A DNA stretch of 64,000 nt, from NCBI GenBank assembly GCA_963821225.1, contig CAWGCY010000006.1:723217-787216 (forward strand). Reading direction: 5' to 3'. Below, one piece after another: positions 37,485-46,373 of the stretch. The stretch is from Thermoanaerobaculia bacterium (GTDB taxonomy: Bacteria; Acidobacteriota; Thermoanaerobaculia; UBA5066). A program made the position numbers and the translations under genes. Below the pieces are notes generated by a model, which did not search any database, was not told where the DNA came from, and worked only from the letters and a program-made list of their open reading frames with translations. Numbering within the stretch: the stretch's first letter is position 1; every line of letters begins with the position of its first letter.

Positions 37485-37781
37485 CTAGCCCTTCCGTCCG
37501 GAGGCCTTGCGCGCCCGCGGCTTCGGCGCCGCTTTCTGCTTCAGCGAATCGAGCTCGGCTTGAAGCTCCTCGAGGCGCTTCTCCATTTTCGCCAGGTCCT
37601 TGCGAGTCGCCAGGCTCATGGCCTTCAGGGCCTCGAGCACGCGCTTGTCGACCTCTTCCTTGACGGCGATGCCTTTCTTCAGGACCTCGATGAAGGCCGG
37701 GTTCGCCATCAGGTTGTTCGAGATCTCGGTGAGGAAACCCTCGCCGCGGGCCTTGAGCTGGTCGAAGAGTGAATCGGACAT
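37485..37781 (-). CDS. small phasin-like coiled-coil protein
   Basis: 98 aa, MSDSLFDQLKARGEGFLTEISNNLMANPAFIEVLKKGIAVKEEVDKRVLEALKAMSLATRKDLAKMEKRLEELQAEL resembles PF05597-type phasins. Confidence 0.5.
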   Translation of the reverse strand: MSDSLFDQLKARGEGFLTEISNNLMANPAFIEVLKKGIAVKEEVDKRVLEALKAMSLATRKDLAKMEKRLEELQAELDSLKQKAAPKPRARKASGRKG

Positions 37782-37836
37782 GCAATCCCTTTCACGAAAG
37801 CCCGGTCAGCGGGGCCTCCTGCTAGAGTCGCCGATT

Positions 37837-38277
37837 ATGAGCCCATTTCGAGGCAAGGAGGAGTTCCGGAAAGTCTTCGACCGCCTCTTTCGGGCACTCG
37901 CCTCCGACCCCGAGATCGGCCCGAAGCTCGCGGCGACGAAGACCCCGCAGCGCTTCGTCTTCTCAGACGCGCCCCTAGTTCTGAACGTCACACACGCGGA
38001 CCGGAAGACTGCGAAGAAGGGCCGGCATCTCGTGTGGGTCTGGGGCGACGCGAAGTGCACGTGGGCCCCCGTCGTCAGCATGACGATGACCTCGGACGTC
38101 GCGAACCGGTACTTCCAGGGGAAGGAGAACATTCCGCTCGCGATCGCGCGCAAGATCATCGTCGTCGAGACGGGAGATCTCGCCAAGGTGCTCGACCTCA
38201 TTCCGATCGTCGCGCCCTTCCACCGGAAATGGGTGGCGATCCTGAAGGCGGAAGGTCTCACGCACCTTCTCGCGTAG
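37837..38277 (+). CDS. SCP2 sterol/lipid-carrier domain protein
   Basis: C-terminal NIPLAIARKIIVVETGDLAKVLDLIPI matches the SCP2 GKL..AFM.GKLKI.GDM..AMKL segment. Confidence 0.5.
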   Translation: MSPFRGKEEFRKVFDRLFRALASDPEIGPKLAATKTPQRFVFSDAPLVLNVTHADRKTAKKGRHLVWVWGDAKCTWAPVVSMTMTSDVANRYFQGKENIPLAIARKIIVVETGDLAKVLDLIPIVAPFHRKWVAILKAEGLTHLLA

Positions 38278-38288
38278 GCTTCGCCCGA

Positions 38289-40184
38289 GTGACTTCGACG
38301 CCCCTCCTGGAAAGCCTCTTCTCCCGACGCCTCATCGTGGTTTCCGGCAAGGGCGGCGTCGGGAAGACGACGGTTGCCGCCACCCTCGCGAAGCTCGCCG
38401 CGGACGCGGGACGGAGGGTGCTCCTCATCTCGACGGACGGCCGGGGCGACGCGGCGACGCTCTTCGAAAAGCGGAACGCCGGCTACCGCGAGGTGGAGCT
38501 GGCCCCGCGTCTTCACGGCCTCACCGCGGACTTCGACGCGCTCCTCGCCGACTTCGTGGGCTCCGTGTCACCGGTCAAGATGCTCGGCGACAGGCTCCTC
38601 GCGGTCCCGGCCTTCCGCTTCTTCACGCGTGCGACGCCGGGACTCCCCGACCTCCTCCTCCTGGGGAAGATCCGCGAGATCTTCAAACGGAAGAAGGCGG
38701 CCAGAGGCGAACCAAGAATCGACCTCATCGTCCTGGACGCTCCGGCGACCGGACACGCCCTCTCCCTCGTCGCGCTGCCCCGCACCCTTCTCGCCACGGT
38801 CCCGGCGGGGCCCGTTCGAAAGCTCGCGGAGTGGCTCGACGCGCTCTTCTCCCATCCGGAGGACTCCGCGCTCGTCGTCGTGTCCGAGCCCGAGGACTTC
38901 GCGGCGAAGGAGACGGAGGAATTGATCGAGGGTGCCCGCGAAAAGGCCGGCCTGACGACCGCGCTCGTCGTGGTGAATCGCGTGGGACGGAGCGAACGAA
39001 GGGAATCTCTGCCGAGAAGAGATCCAAGCCTCCCGCTTCTCGAGATTCCGGAGCTCGAAACCGCGGAGCCGTCGGAGTTCTTCCAGGCCTTCGTCGCCAC
39101 CTTCGAAGAAAACGCGGCGTCGCCGGCGCGAAAAGGCTCCAGTGAGAAAACGGCGCGCGCCCACGCTCGGGAAGGCAGGAGATCTCCTTCTTTCGTTCCC
39201 CCCGGCTCCGCTTCCCTTGATCTGGGCCCCTGGCTGGACGGCGACCGGCTGATCGTCCTGACCGGACCGGGGGGCGTCGGAAAGACGACGCTCGCGGCCG
39301 CTATCGGGCTGGCGGCCGCGCGCCGCGGGCGCCGCGTCCTCGTGCTCACCGTCGATCCCGCGCGGCGTCTCGCCCAGGCCCTCGGCCTGTCCGCGAGGGA
39401 CGCGCGCTCCAGCCGCCCCTCCGAAGTGAGCGCCCCCGGCATCCCGAAGGGCGGCCGCCTCCTCGCGCTGCAAATCGACCCCAAGGCCACCTTCGAGCGC
39501 CTTCTCGCGCGCACCGCAAGTCCCGAGGCGCTCGGCAGAATCCAGGGAAACCGCCTCTATTCCGGGCTCGTCGACTCGCTGCCCGGCGTCCTCGAGTACA
39601 TGGGCGTCGAGGCGCTGCACGAGCATGCGGCCGATCCCGAGGTCGACCTCCTCGTACTCGACACGCCCCCCGCGGCGCGCGGCCTCGACTTCCTCGCGGC
39701 GCCGGAGCGCATGGTCACCCTCCTCGAGAACGACGCCCTCCGGTTCTTCCTCCGGCACGACGGCTTTTTCGGGCGCGCGCTCTCCGAAGCGTCCCGCGGC
39801 GGCGCGATGCTCCTGCGCGCCGCCGACCGCGTCCTCGGGCTCGGCTTCCTCGCCGACCTCGCGGACTTCTTCCGCGCCTTCGACGGCCTCTACGACGGCT
39901 TCAAGGAACGAAGCCGTGAGGCGGCGAGACTCCTTGCGGAGGGGCGGTTCCTCGTCGCGACGACGCTCGACTTCTCCGCTCTCGCGACCTCTGCGGATCT
40001 CGCCGCGGGCCTCGCCCGACGCGGTGCCGCGCCGGGCCTCATCCTGAACCGCGTGAGCCCCCGCCTGACTGCCGCGCCCAGGCTCTCCGGATCGCTCGCG
40101 GCGCTTCCCGCGCTCGCCCTCGCGGAGATGGACGTGCCTACGGACGACCTGCCCGACGCGCTCGCGTCGGCGCTCGTGAAATAG
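38289..40184 (+). CDS. ArsA/Get3-family anion-transporting-type ATPase (two P-loop domains)
   Basis: Two Walker A motifs, VVSGKGGVGKTT and LTGPGGVGKTT, each in an ArsA-like half. GTG start 12 nt after the SCP2 stop. Confidence 0.7.
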   Translation: MTSTPLLESLFSRRLIVVSGKGGVGKTTVAATLAKLAADAGRRVLLISTDGRGDAATLFEKRNAGYREVELAPRLHGLTADFDALLADFVGSVSPVKMLGDRLLAVPAFRFFTRATPGLPDLLLLGKIREIFKRKKAARGEPRIDLIVLDAPATGHALSLVALPRTLLATVPAGPVRKLAEWLDALFSHPEDSALVVVSEPEDFAAKETEELIEGAREKAGLTTALVVVNRVGRSERRESLPRRDPSLPLLEIPELETAEPSEFFQAFVATFEENAASPARKGSSEKTARAHAREGRRSPSFVPPGSASLDLGPWLDGDRLIVLTGPGGVGKTTLAAAIGLAAARRGRRVLVLTVDPARRLAQALGLSARDARSSRPSEVSAPGIPKGGRLLALQIDPKATFERLLARTASPEALGRIQGNRLYSGLVDSLPGVLEYMGVEALHEHAADPEVDLLVLDTPPAARGLDFLAAPERMVTLLENDALRFFLRHDGFFGRALSEASRGGAMLLRAADRVLGLGFLADLADFFRAFDGLYDGFKERSREAARLLAEGRFLVATTLDFSALATSADLAAGLARRGAAPGLILNRVSPRLTAAPRLSGSLAALPALALAEMDVPTDDLPDALASALVK

Positions 40185-40197
40185 ACGACCGACGCGT

Positions 40198-41736
40198 TCA
40201 CAGGAGCGGCGCGAGAAGCTCGTCCAGATCGCGGCTCAGCACGGCCCGCGCGCCTTCGATCGCGGGCGCCGCGCGGCGGTCCGCCTCCCAGAAGGGCACG
40301 TGCGCACGCACGACGCGGTGCAGCTCCTCGAGCGGCGCCGAGCTCTTGAGCGGGCGCCTGAGGTCCAGCGCTTGCGCGGCCGCGAGCAGCTCGATCGCGA
40401 GGACGGTCTCGAAGAGGTCGACGTTCTTCGCGAGCTTTCGAGCCGCGATCGGGCCCATCGAGACGTGGTCTTCCTTCCCGGCCGAGGTCGGGATCGAGTC
40501 CACGGATGCCGGGAAGGAGTTCGACTTCGCCTCGGAAACGAGCGACGCCGCGGTGACGTGAATCATCATGAGGCCCGAGTTCAGGCCCCCGTCCCGCGTG
40601 AGAAACGCGGGCAGGTCCCCGGAAAGGGCCGGATTCACGAGCCGCTCCGTCCTCCGCTCGGAGAGCGACGCCATGTCGGCCGCCGACGCCGTGAGGAGGT
40701 CGCACACGAGCGCCACCGGCGCCGCGTGGAAGTTTCCGCCCGAGACGAGCGTGCCAGTCTCCGCGAAGACCATCGGGTTGTCGGTCGCGGCGTTCATCTC
40801 GATGTCGATCACCCGCCGCGCGTGCGCGCCGGCGTCGCGCGCCGTGCCGTGGACCTGCGGGATGCACCGGAGCGCGTAGGCGTCCTGCACGACTCCGCAG
40901 TCGCGGTGGCTCTCCCGCAAGGGCGAGTCCGCGAGGAGCGTCCGGAGGTTTTGCGCCGAAGCGACCTGGCCGGGGTGCGGGCGGGCCGCGTGAATGCGCG
41001 CGTCGAATGCTGCGTTCGTGCCCTTCAGACAGTCCAGCGTGAGCGCCGCGACGAGGTCCGCGGTCTTGAGGAGGCGCAGGAACCGGTGGAGCGCGAGCGC
41101 GCCGACCGCCGTCGTGAGCTGCGTCCCGTTGATGAGCGCGAGCCCCTCCTTCGCCTCGAGCACGGAGGGTGCGAGCCCCGCCTCCCGGAAAGCCTCCGAG
41201 GCCGGCAGACGCCTTCCCGACCGGTCCACCTCGCCTTCCCCGACCAGGGCCAGCGCGAGGTGCGCGAGCGGAGCGAGGTCTCCCGAGGCGCCGACCGAGC
41301 CCTGCTCGGGAATGACGGGATGGATTCCCTTCGCGAGGCACGCGAGGAGAAGCTCCAGCGTCTGCCTTCGGACGCCGGAGAAGCCCTTCGCGAGGCAATT
41401 CGCGCGCAGCAGCATGACCGCCCGGACGGCGGGAACGGAGAGCGGCGCGCCCGCGCCGGCGGCGTGGCTCCGCACGAGGTTGAGCTGGAGCGCTCCGAGC
41501 TTCTCCCTCGGGATGACGACGTCGGCGAACTTCCCGAACCCCGTCGTGACGCCGTAGACGACCCGGTTCTCGGCGACCGCGCGGTCGATGACGGCGCGCG
41601 CGGCGTCCACGCGCACGGCGGCGCGCGGCGCGAGGACCGCGGAGGCATTCCCGGAGGACACAGAAAAGAGATCTTCCAAAGAGAGAGAATCTCCATCCAG
41701 TTCGATGACGCGAGCCACGATGCTGCATTCTCGCAT
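40198..41736 (-). CDS. hutH: histidine ammonia-lyase
   Basis: MIO-forming GSVGASGDLAPLAH motif and full-length HAL similarity. Confidence 0.9.
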   Translation of the reverse strand: MRECSIVARVIELDGDSLSLEDLFSVSSGNASAVLAPRAAVRVDAARAVIDRAVAENRVVYGVTTGFGKFADVVIPREKLGALQLNLVRSHAAGAGAPLSVPAVRAVMLLRANCLAKGFSGVRRQTLELLLACLAKGIHPVIPEQGSVGASGDLAPLAHLALALVGEGEVDRSGRRLPASEAFREAGLAPSVLEAKEGLALINGTQLTTAVGALALHRFLRLLKTADLVAALTLDCLKGTNAAFDARIHAARPHPGQVASAQNLRTLLADSPLRESHRDCGVVQDAYALRCIPQVHGTARDAGAHARRVIDIEMNAATDNPMVFAETGTLVSGGNFHAAPVALVCDLLTASAADMASLSERRTERLVNPALSGDLPAFLTRDGGLNSGLMMIHVTAASLVSEAKSNSFPASVDSIPTSAGKEDHVSMGPIAARKLAKNVDLFETVLAIELLAAAQALDLRRPLKSSAPLEELHRVVRAHVPFWEADRRAAPAIEGARAVLSRDLDELLAPLL

Positions 41737-41846
41737 CGGGCGAAGGCGCCTTTCTTGGAAGGTGTATGAGGCAGAGCCTCGAGTCGCCGAGCCACCGGGA
41801 CCGGCGCTCCGGCAGCACTCACCCTGCTAGGGACTCTTCCTTCTAT

Positions 41847-41878
41847 TTCTAAGAAATTCTCTCTTCCGACGGTACAAT
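41847..41878 (+). promoter_or_regulatory. third copy of the TTCTAAGAAAT motif plus TACAAT -10 element upstream of purA (leaderless-type arrangement)
   Basis: tttctaagaaattctctcttccgacggtacaat; GTG of purA lies 6 nt after tacaat. Confidence 0.4.
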
Positions 41879-41884
41879 CCAAAA

Positions 41885-43225
41885 GTGACACACATAAAAG
41901 GCTCGGCTCTCGCCGTCGTCGGCGGCCAGTGGGGCGACGAAGGCAAAGGCAAGGTCGTCGACCTCATCTCGCCGTCGTTCGACCTCGTCGCCCGCTACCA
42001 GGGCGGCCACAACGCCGGCCACACCGTGAAGTTCGGGGACAGGCACTTCGCTCTGCGGCTCGTCCCGTCGGGCATCTGCCGGTCGGACGTCATGAACGTG
42101 ATCGGCAACGGACTCGTCATCGATCCGCGCGCGCTTCTCGCCGAGATCGAATCCCTTCGCGCAGCCGGCGTCACGGTCGGCGACAACCTTCGCCTTTCCG
42201 ACCGCGCCCACGTCATCCTGCCCACGCACGCGCTTCTCGACGGGGCGCGCGAGAAGGCGCTCGGCGGCGCGAACATCGGCACGACGTCGCGCGGCATCGG
42301 CCCGGCGTACGAGTCGAAGGCGAACCGGACCGGGCTTCGCATCGCCGATCTCGTGGAGCCGGACAGGTTCTGCGCGGTCGCGCGGCCCCTCGTCGCCCAT
42401 CACGACGCCGTGCTCAAGCACTTTTACGGCGTCGAGGGCGCCCCCATCGACGAGACGCTCGAGACGTACATCGAGTGCGGCCGGAAGCTCGCGCACTTCG
42501 TCATCGACACTTCGGTCTTCCTCCATGGCGAGCTCGCGAAGGGCAAGAAGCTCCTCTGCGAAGGCGCGCAGGGAATCATGCTCGACGTGGACCACGGGAC
42601 CTATCCGTTCGTCACATCCTCGTCCTGTGCGCCGGGCGGAGCGTGCACGGGCCTCGGACTCCCGCCTTCGGCGCTCGGCGCGGTCGTGGCCGTCATGAAG
42701 GCGTACACGACACGCGTGGGATCGGGCCCGTTCCCGACCGAGCTCCACGACGTGATCGGCGAACGGATCCGCACCCGCGGGAACGAGTTCGGCACCGTCA
42801 CGGGCCGGCCGCGGCGCGTGGGCTGGTTCGACGCCGTGGTCGCGCGGACGGCCGTGCGCCTGACAGGCCTGGACGCCCTCGCCCTCACGAAGCTCGACGT
42901 CCTCGACGATCACGACGAGGTTCGCATCGCCACGGGCTACACACTCGACGGAAAGCCCGTGTCCGCCGTGCCCGCGCGCGCTGACCTCTACGAGCGCGCG
43001 AAGCCGGTCTATCGGACGTTCCCGGGATGGAAGACCTCCATCGCCGGCATCGAGAGCTGGGAGGCGCTACCCGCGCGCGCCCGCGAGTACGTCCGGGCGC
43101 TCGAGGAGATCGTCGGCGCGAAGGTCGGCATCCTTTCGACGGGGCCCCGGCGCGAAGAGACGATCGTCCGTCCGGGCACCGCGCTGGACGGGTGGCTGAA
43201 GACGACCGTCGGCGAGAGGGCGTGA
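41885..43225 (+). CDS. purA: adenylosuccinate synthetase
   Basis: VVGGQWGDEGKGKVVD...GGHNAGHTV...GTTSRGIGPAYESK. Confidence 0.92.
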   Translation: MTHIKGSALAVVGGQWGDEGKGKVVDLISPSFDLVARYQGGHNAGHTVKFGDRHFALRLVPSGICRSDVMNVIGNGLVIDPRALLAEIESLRAAGVTVGDNLRLSDRAHVILPTHALLDGAREKALGGANIGTTSRGIGPAYESKANRTGLRIADLVEPDRFCAVARPLVAHHDAVLKHFYGVEGAPIDETLETYIECGRKLAHFVIDTSVFLHGELAKGKKLLCEGAQGIMLDVDHGTYPFVTSSSCAPGGACTGLGLPPSALGAVVAVMKAYTTRVGSGPFPTELHDVIGERIRTRGNEFGTVTGRPRRVGWFDAVVARTAVRLTGLDALALTKLDVLDDHDEVRIATGYTLDGKPVSAVPARADLYERAKPVYRTFPGWKTSIAGIESWEALPARAREYVRALEEIVGAKVGILSTGPRREETIVRPGTALDGWLKTTVGERA

Positions 43226-43262
43226 GGCGTCCCGAATCGGCCCTGCTACACTCCGCCGTCGG

Positions 43263-43339
43263 CGGGCCGTTAGCTCAGTTGGTTAGAGCACCTGCCTTTT
43301 AAGCAGGGGGTCGCTGGTTCGAGTCCAGCACGGCTCACC
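43263..43339 (+). tRNA. tRNA-Lys (anticodon TTT)
   Basis: gggccgttagctcagttggttagagcacctgccttttaagcagggggtcgctggttcgagtccagcacggctcacca; cloverleaf with anticodon loop cTTTTaa and encoded CCA. Confidence 0.9.
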
Positions 43340-43378
43340 AGCCCTTCAAAGGAGCATTTCTCGTCCGGGGAGCAACTC

Positions 43379-43699
43379 ATGGGCATTTCAGCGGCAAAAC
43401 GGAGTCTTCGTCTGCGGGCATCGGCCGAGGCCTTCGACGTTCTTCGAGCGAGCGGCAGTTCCAGGATCTCCAACGCGGAGCTGTTGAAGCACGCGGCCCG
43501 CAGCGATCACGAGCCTCACCCGCGCATCGTACGCGCGGTGCACCAGGCTCTCGTCGAGGCGCGTGCGATGCAGCCCAAGGAGCCGACATCGGCGCTCAAG
43601 AAGATCTCGGGGGTTTTCTCACGGAAGACGGCGCCCGAGCGAACGGGGCTGGACGACGTCGTCCGGCGATTCGAGCAGGCCTTCGTCCTGCCGGACTGA
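43379..43699 (+). CDS. hypothetical protein between the tRNA genes
   Basis: 106-aa ORF, no recognisable domain. Confidence 0.35.
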   Translation: MGISAAKRSLRLRASAEAFDVLRASGSSRISNAELLKHAARSDHEPHPRIVRAVHQALVEARAMQPKEPTSALKKISGVFSRKTAPERTGLDDVVRRFEQAFVLPD

Positions 43700-43740
43700 C
43701 GCGGCGCCGCAAAGCCGCTAGAATCCCCCGTTCCGCGGGT

Positions 43741-43817
43741 GCCCCCATCGTCTAGTGGCCCAGGACGCCACCCTTTCAAGGTGGAGATCGAGGGTTCGAA
43801 TCCCTCTGGGGGTACCA
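43741..43817 (+). tRNA. tRNA-Glu (anticodon TTC)
   Basis: gcccccatcgtctagtggcccaggacgccaccctttcaaggtggagatcgagggttcgaatccctctgggggtacca; anticodon loop cTTTCaa. Confidence 0.9.
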
Positions 43818-43980
43818 CCTATCTCACTCGCAGGCCACCGCTTCCAACTCAGAAGGAACAGCTGCCTTCTCATTTGATCCCGCACCACTCCCACACCGGC
43901 TTGTGACGAGTCGAGCACATGGTGGCAGCGACGGAATCCGCTCGGCGCGACCGATGGGCGACGGGGCACGGACAGTTTGT

Positions 43981-45240
43981 CTACTCGAAGTACCCGTTCA
44001 CGTCGAAGACGACGTTGACCGTCCCGGCGCTGTCGTTTTGGATCACGACTGATTGAGTTCCGTCGAGCGACAGGGCGAGCAACAAGTTGTTGGCCCGCGT
44101 CCTCCCCGCAGGGAAGTTGATCGCGCTCGTCGGCGGCACCGGTTGGTCAGCCGCATAGACACGGAGGTCCCCCGCCGCCGAGGGTTCGACGGCCACTACG
44201 CTGCCCGAGACTGCGATGGCATCAGGGGGGATGCCGCAGGCCCCGCTGAACGGGAAGTCACGTAACTCATTCGGACCGAGCGCAGGTCCCCCAAACGGAC
44301 CGGCTGCGCCTCTCGTGTCGAGAACGCGGCATGGGGGCAGCGTGTAGTAGAGCAGCCCGAGCGAGACCTGACCGATCTTGTTGCCGCTGAACTCCGTGAA
44401 CCAGAGGTTGCCGTGGGGGGGGCGATGCCTGTGGAGCTTGCTCGGCGTGGGATCGGAATCGGGGCTTGAGGTGATGCCGATGGGCCTGCCCTGCGCCGTC
44501 GGGACCGCGAACTCCGTGATGGCACCCGCCGTCGTGATTCGCCCGATCTTGTTGGCAGGGGCCACCGTGAACCATAGAGCGCCGTCGGGTCCGAGACAGA
44601 TGCTATAGGGGTAGCTGTTCGCGGTCGGGATATCGAATTCCACGAACGCACCGGAAGGCGTGATCCGACCGATCTTGCCGTGGTTTTGCTCCGTGAACCA
44701 GAGAGCACCGTCGGGCCCGAGACAGATGCCGAAGGGGCCGCTGTCCGCGGTCGGGATATCAAACTCCGTGATCGCACCAGCGGGCGTAATCCGACCGATC
44801 TTGCTGACGTAGAACTCCGTGAACCAGAGGTTGCCGTCGGGACCGGAGGCGATGCCTTCCGGGAAGCTGTTCGCTGTCGGGATCGGGAACTCGGTGATGA
44901 CACCCGCGGTTGTGATCCGGCCAATCTTGTTGACCAAGAACTCCGTGAACCAGAGAGCGCCGTCGGGGCCGAGGGCGATGCTCTGGGGTTGGCTGTTCGG
45001 CGTCGGAATGGTGAACTCGGTGACGACGCCCGTGGTCGTGATCCGGCCGATCTTGCCGGGGTTGGCGCTCTCCGTGAACCATAGAGCGCCGTCGGATCCG
45101 AGACAGATGCCGACAGGGTAGCTGCTGGCCGTCGGGATCGGGAACTCGGTGATCGTGACGGCGGTCGCGGCCCGAGATGCGAGGAGCACGGTCACGATGC
45201 TGACTATTGAGAGAGTGAGTAACCGCGTGACTCTTTTCAT
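43981..45240 (-). CDS. secreted Vgb (streptogramin B lyase)-family beta-propeller protein with extra C-terminal domain
   Basis: Six or more repeats of ITEF(P/D)IPT..S.P.GI..GPDGALWFTE...NKIGRIT, typical of virginiamycin B lyase-like propellers; signal peptide. Confidence 0.65.
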   Translation of the reverse strand: MKRVTRLLTLSIVSIVTVLLASRAATAVTITEFPIPTASSYPVGICLGSDGALWFTESANPGKIGRITTTGVVTEFTIPTPNSQPQSIALGPDGALWFTEFLVNKIGRITTAGVITEFPIPTANSFPEGIASGPDGNLWFTEFYVSKIGRITPAGAITEFDIPTADSGPFGICLGPDGALWFTEQNHGKIGRITPSGAFVEFDIPTANSYPYSICLGPDGALWFTVAPANKIGRITTAGAITEFAVPTAQGRPIGITSSPDSDPTPSKLHRHRPPHGNLWFTEFSGNKIGQVSLGLLYYTLPPCRVLDTRGAAGPFGGPALGPNELRDFPFSGACGIPPDAIAVSGSVVAVEPSAAGDLRVYAADQPVPPTSAINFPAGRTRANNLLLALSLDGTQSVVIQNDSAGTVNVVFDVNGYFE

Positions 45241-45769
45241 AGAGCCTCCTCTGAGCTTTCCTCCGCAATCTGTTGAGAAGGCGCAAACGTAGTCAGACCC
45301 TATGCCCGCGCCGCACCGAGGGGGTCTGATGCAGATGAATGAGGCTCGGAGCGGGCCTTCGCCGCCCGGTCGGGTCCTACTTGCGTCGCCCCTTTCGCCG
45401 CTCGTGACGGGCGACGGCCTTCGCCGTTACCTGCTCGCGCTGCCGCTGCGCGAGCGCGATGACGACCTCCGGCGGGAGGATGAGCGGGAATTGCCGCACG
45501 TTTGCCGGCAGCGGCACCTCGGCTTCGAGCGAACGAGGCGGCACGTCGAGATCCCGACTGCGGCGCGTGGCCATGGCGGGAATTCTCTACCGCGGCGCTA
45601 TCCCCTGACCGCAATGTCCACCGGCCGCGTCAGCGTCGGCTGTAGGATCCCGCGCATGGCAGGGACCTCCGGCATCGCGGGGTTCTTTAAGAGCCTGTTG
45701 GGAGCGTGGCAGACGTGGCGTCGCCCCCCGAAGCGGCCGGCAGTCAGGAGCGGCGAACGGGTAAGACGC

Positions 45770-46036
45770 GTGAGCGACTCGGAGATAGCCAGATGTCTTT
45801 TCTGCGGTCGAACCGCGTCTAGGCGGTCTTTCACCGACGCGGTGCAGCTCGACTGTTCAGACTGCGGGCCGTGCGAGGTGACAGCCGAAGCGATGGCCCT
45901 CCTCCGCGCCGACGACCACCTACGGCAAGCGGTCCTGCGACAGATGCGGCGACACCTTGACACCGGCGCCGAGAGGCCACTCATCAATCTCGAATTCATC
46001 CAGTCGATCAAAGGGCGGCCGCGCTCGGCGCACTGA
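45770..46036 (+). CDS. small zinc-ribbon protein (paralog of 46374..46610)
   Basis: CLFCG...(17 aa)...CSDCGPC, CxxC-N17-CxxC. Start is uncertain (GTG 45770; alternative ATG 45656). Confidence 0.4.
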   Translation: MSDSEIARCLFCGRTASRRSFTDAVQLDCSDCGPCEVTAEAMALLRADDHLRQAVLRQMRRHLDTGAERPLINLEFIQSIKGRPRSAH

Positions 46037-46209
46037 AACGCTGCACCACGTCCACCGGCACCGTCAATACGTCCTTCGCCCCGATCGGCTCGAACCTACC
46101 GGAATTCGATAACTACTTCTGCCGAGACTGCCGGCGGATCATTCACGTCCGGAAGGGATCGCCTGGCTTCCGCGCGTGGTCGACTCCGGGATGCACGCGG
46201 GCTGGGTTC

Positions 46210-46261
46210 CGCCACCCATTCAACGTGGAGATCGAGGGTTCGAATCCCTCTGGGGGTACCA
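46210..46261 (+). repeat. partial tRNA-Glu 3-prime half (attR-like direct repeat; not a functional tRNA)
   Basis: cgccacccattcaacgtggagatcgagggttcgaatccctctgggggtacca, 49/52 identical to 43766-43817; lacks the 5-prime half of the tRNA. Confidence 0.75.
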
Positions 46262-46373
46262 TTTTGCACGGCACGGATGCGATGGGGCCAACGAGGAGCC
46301 GGCGGCGGACCCTCGAAACCGATCCGAGGTAGGATCGGTCCCGTACCGGAGGTGCCCCACGTCGATCGTGGAC

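Larger units (their letters stand above)
43818..46261. mobile_element. putative degenerate tRNA-Glu-integrated islet bounded by tRNA-Glu and a 52-bp partial direct repeat of its 3-prime half
   Basis: tRNA 43766-43817 (cgccaccctttcaaggtggagatcgagggttcgaatccctctgggggtacca) is repeated at 46210-46261 with 3 mismatches. No integrase is present. Confidence 0.4.

Noticed and set aside
43270-43818. Minus-strand ORFs 43270..43473 and 43516..43818 (and the N-terminal part of 46143..46805), all starting MVPPEGFEPSISTL... or ...GLEPATPCLKGRCSNQLS
   Set aside because: These are translations of the antisense strand of the tRNA-Lys / tRNA-Glu genes and of the tRNA-Glu fragment, not proteins.
46210-46261. 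Second tRNA-Glu gene
   Set aside because: Only the 3-prime 52 nt are present, with a mutated anticodon-stem region and no 5-prime half. It is a repeat or attR-like scar, not a functional tRNA.
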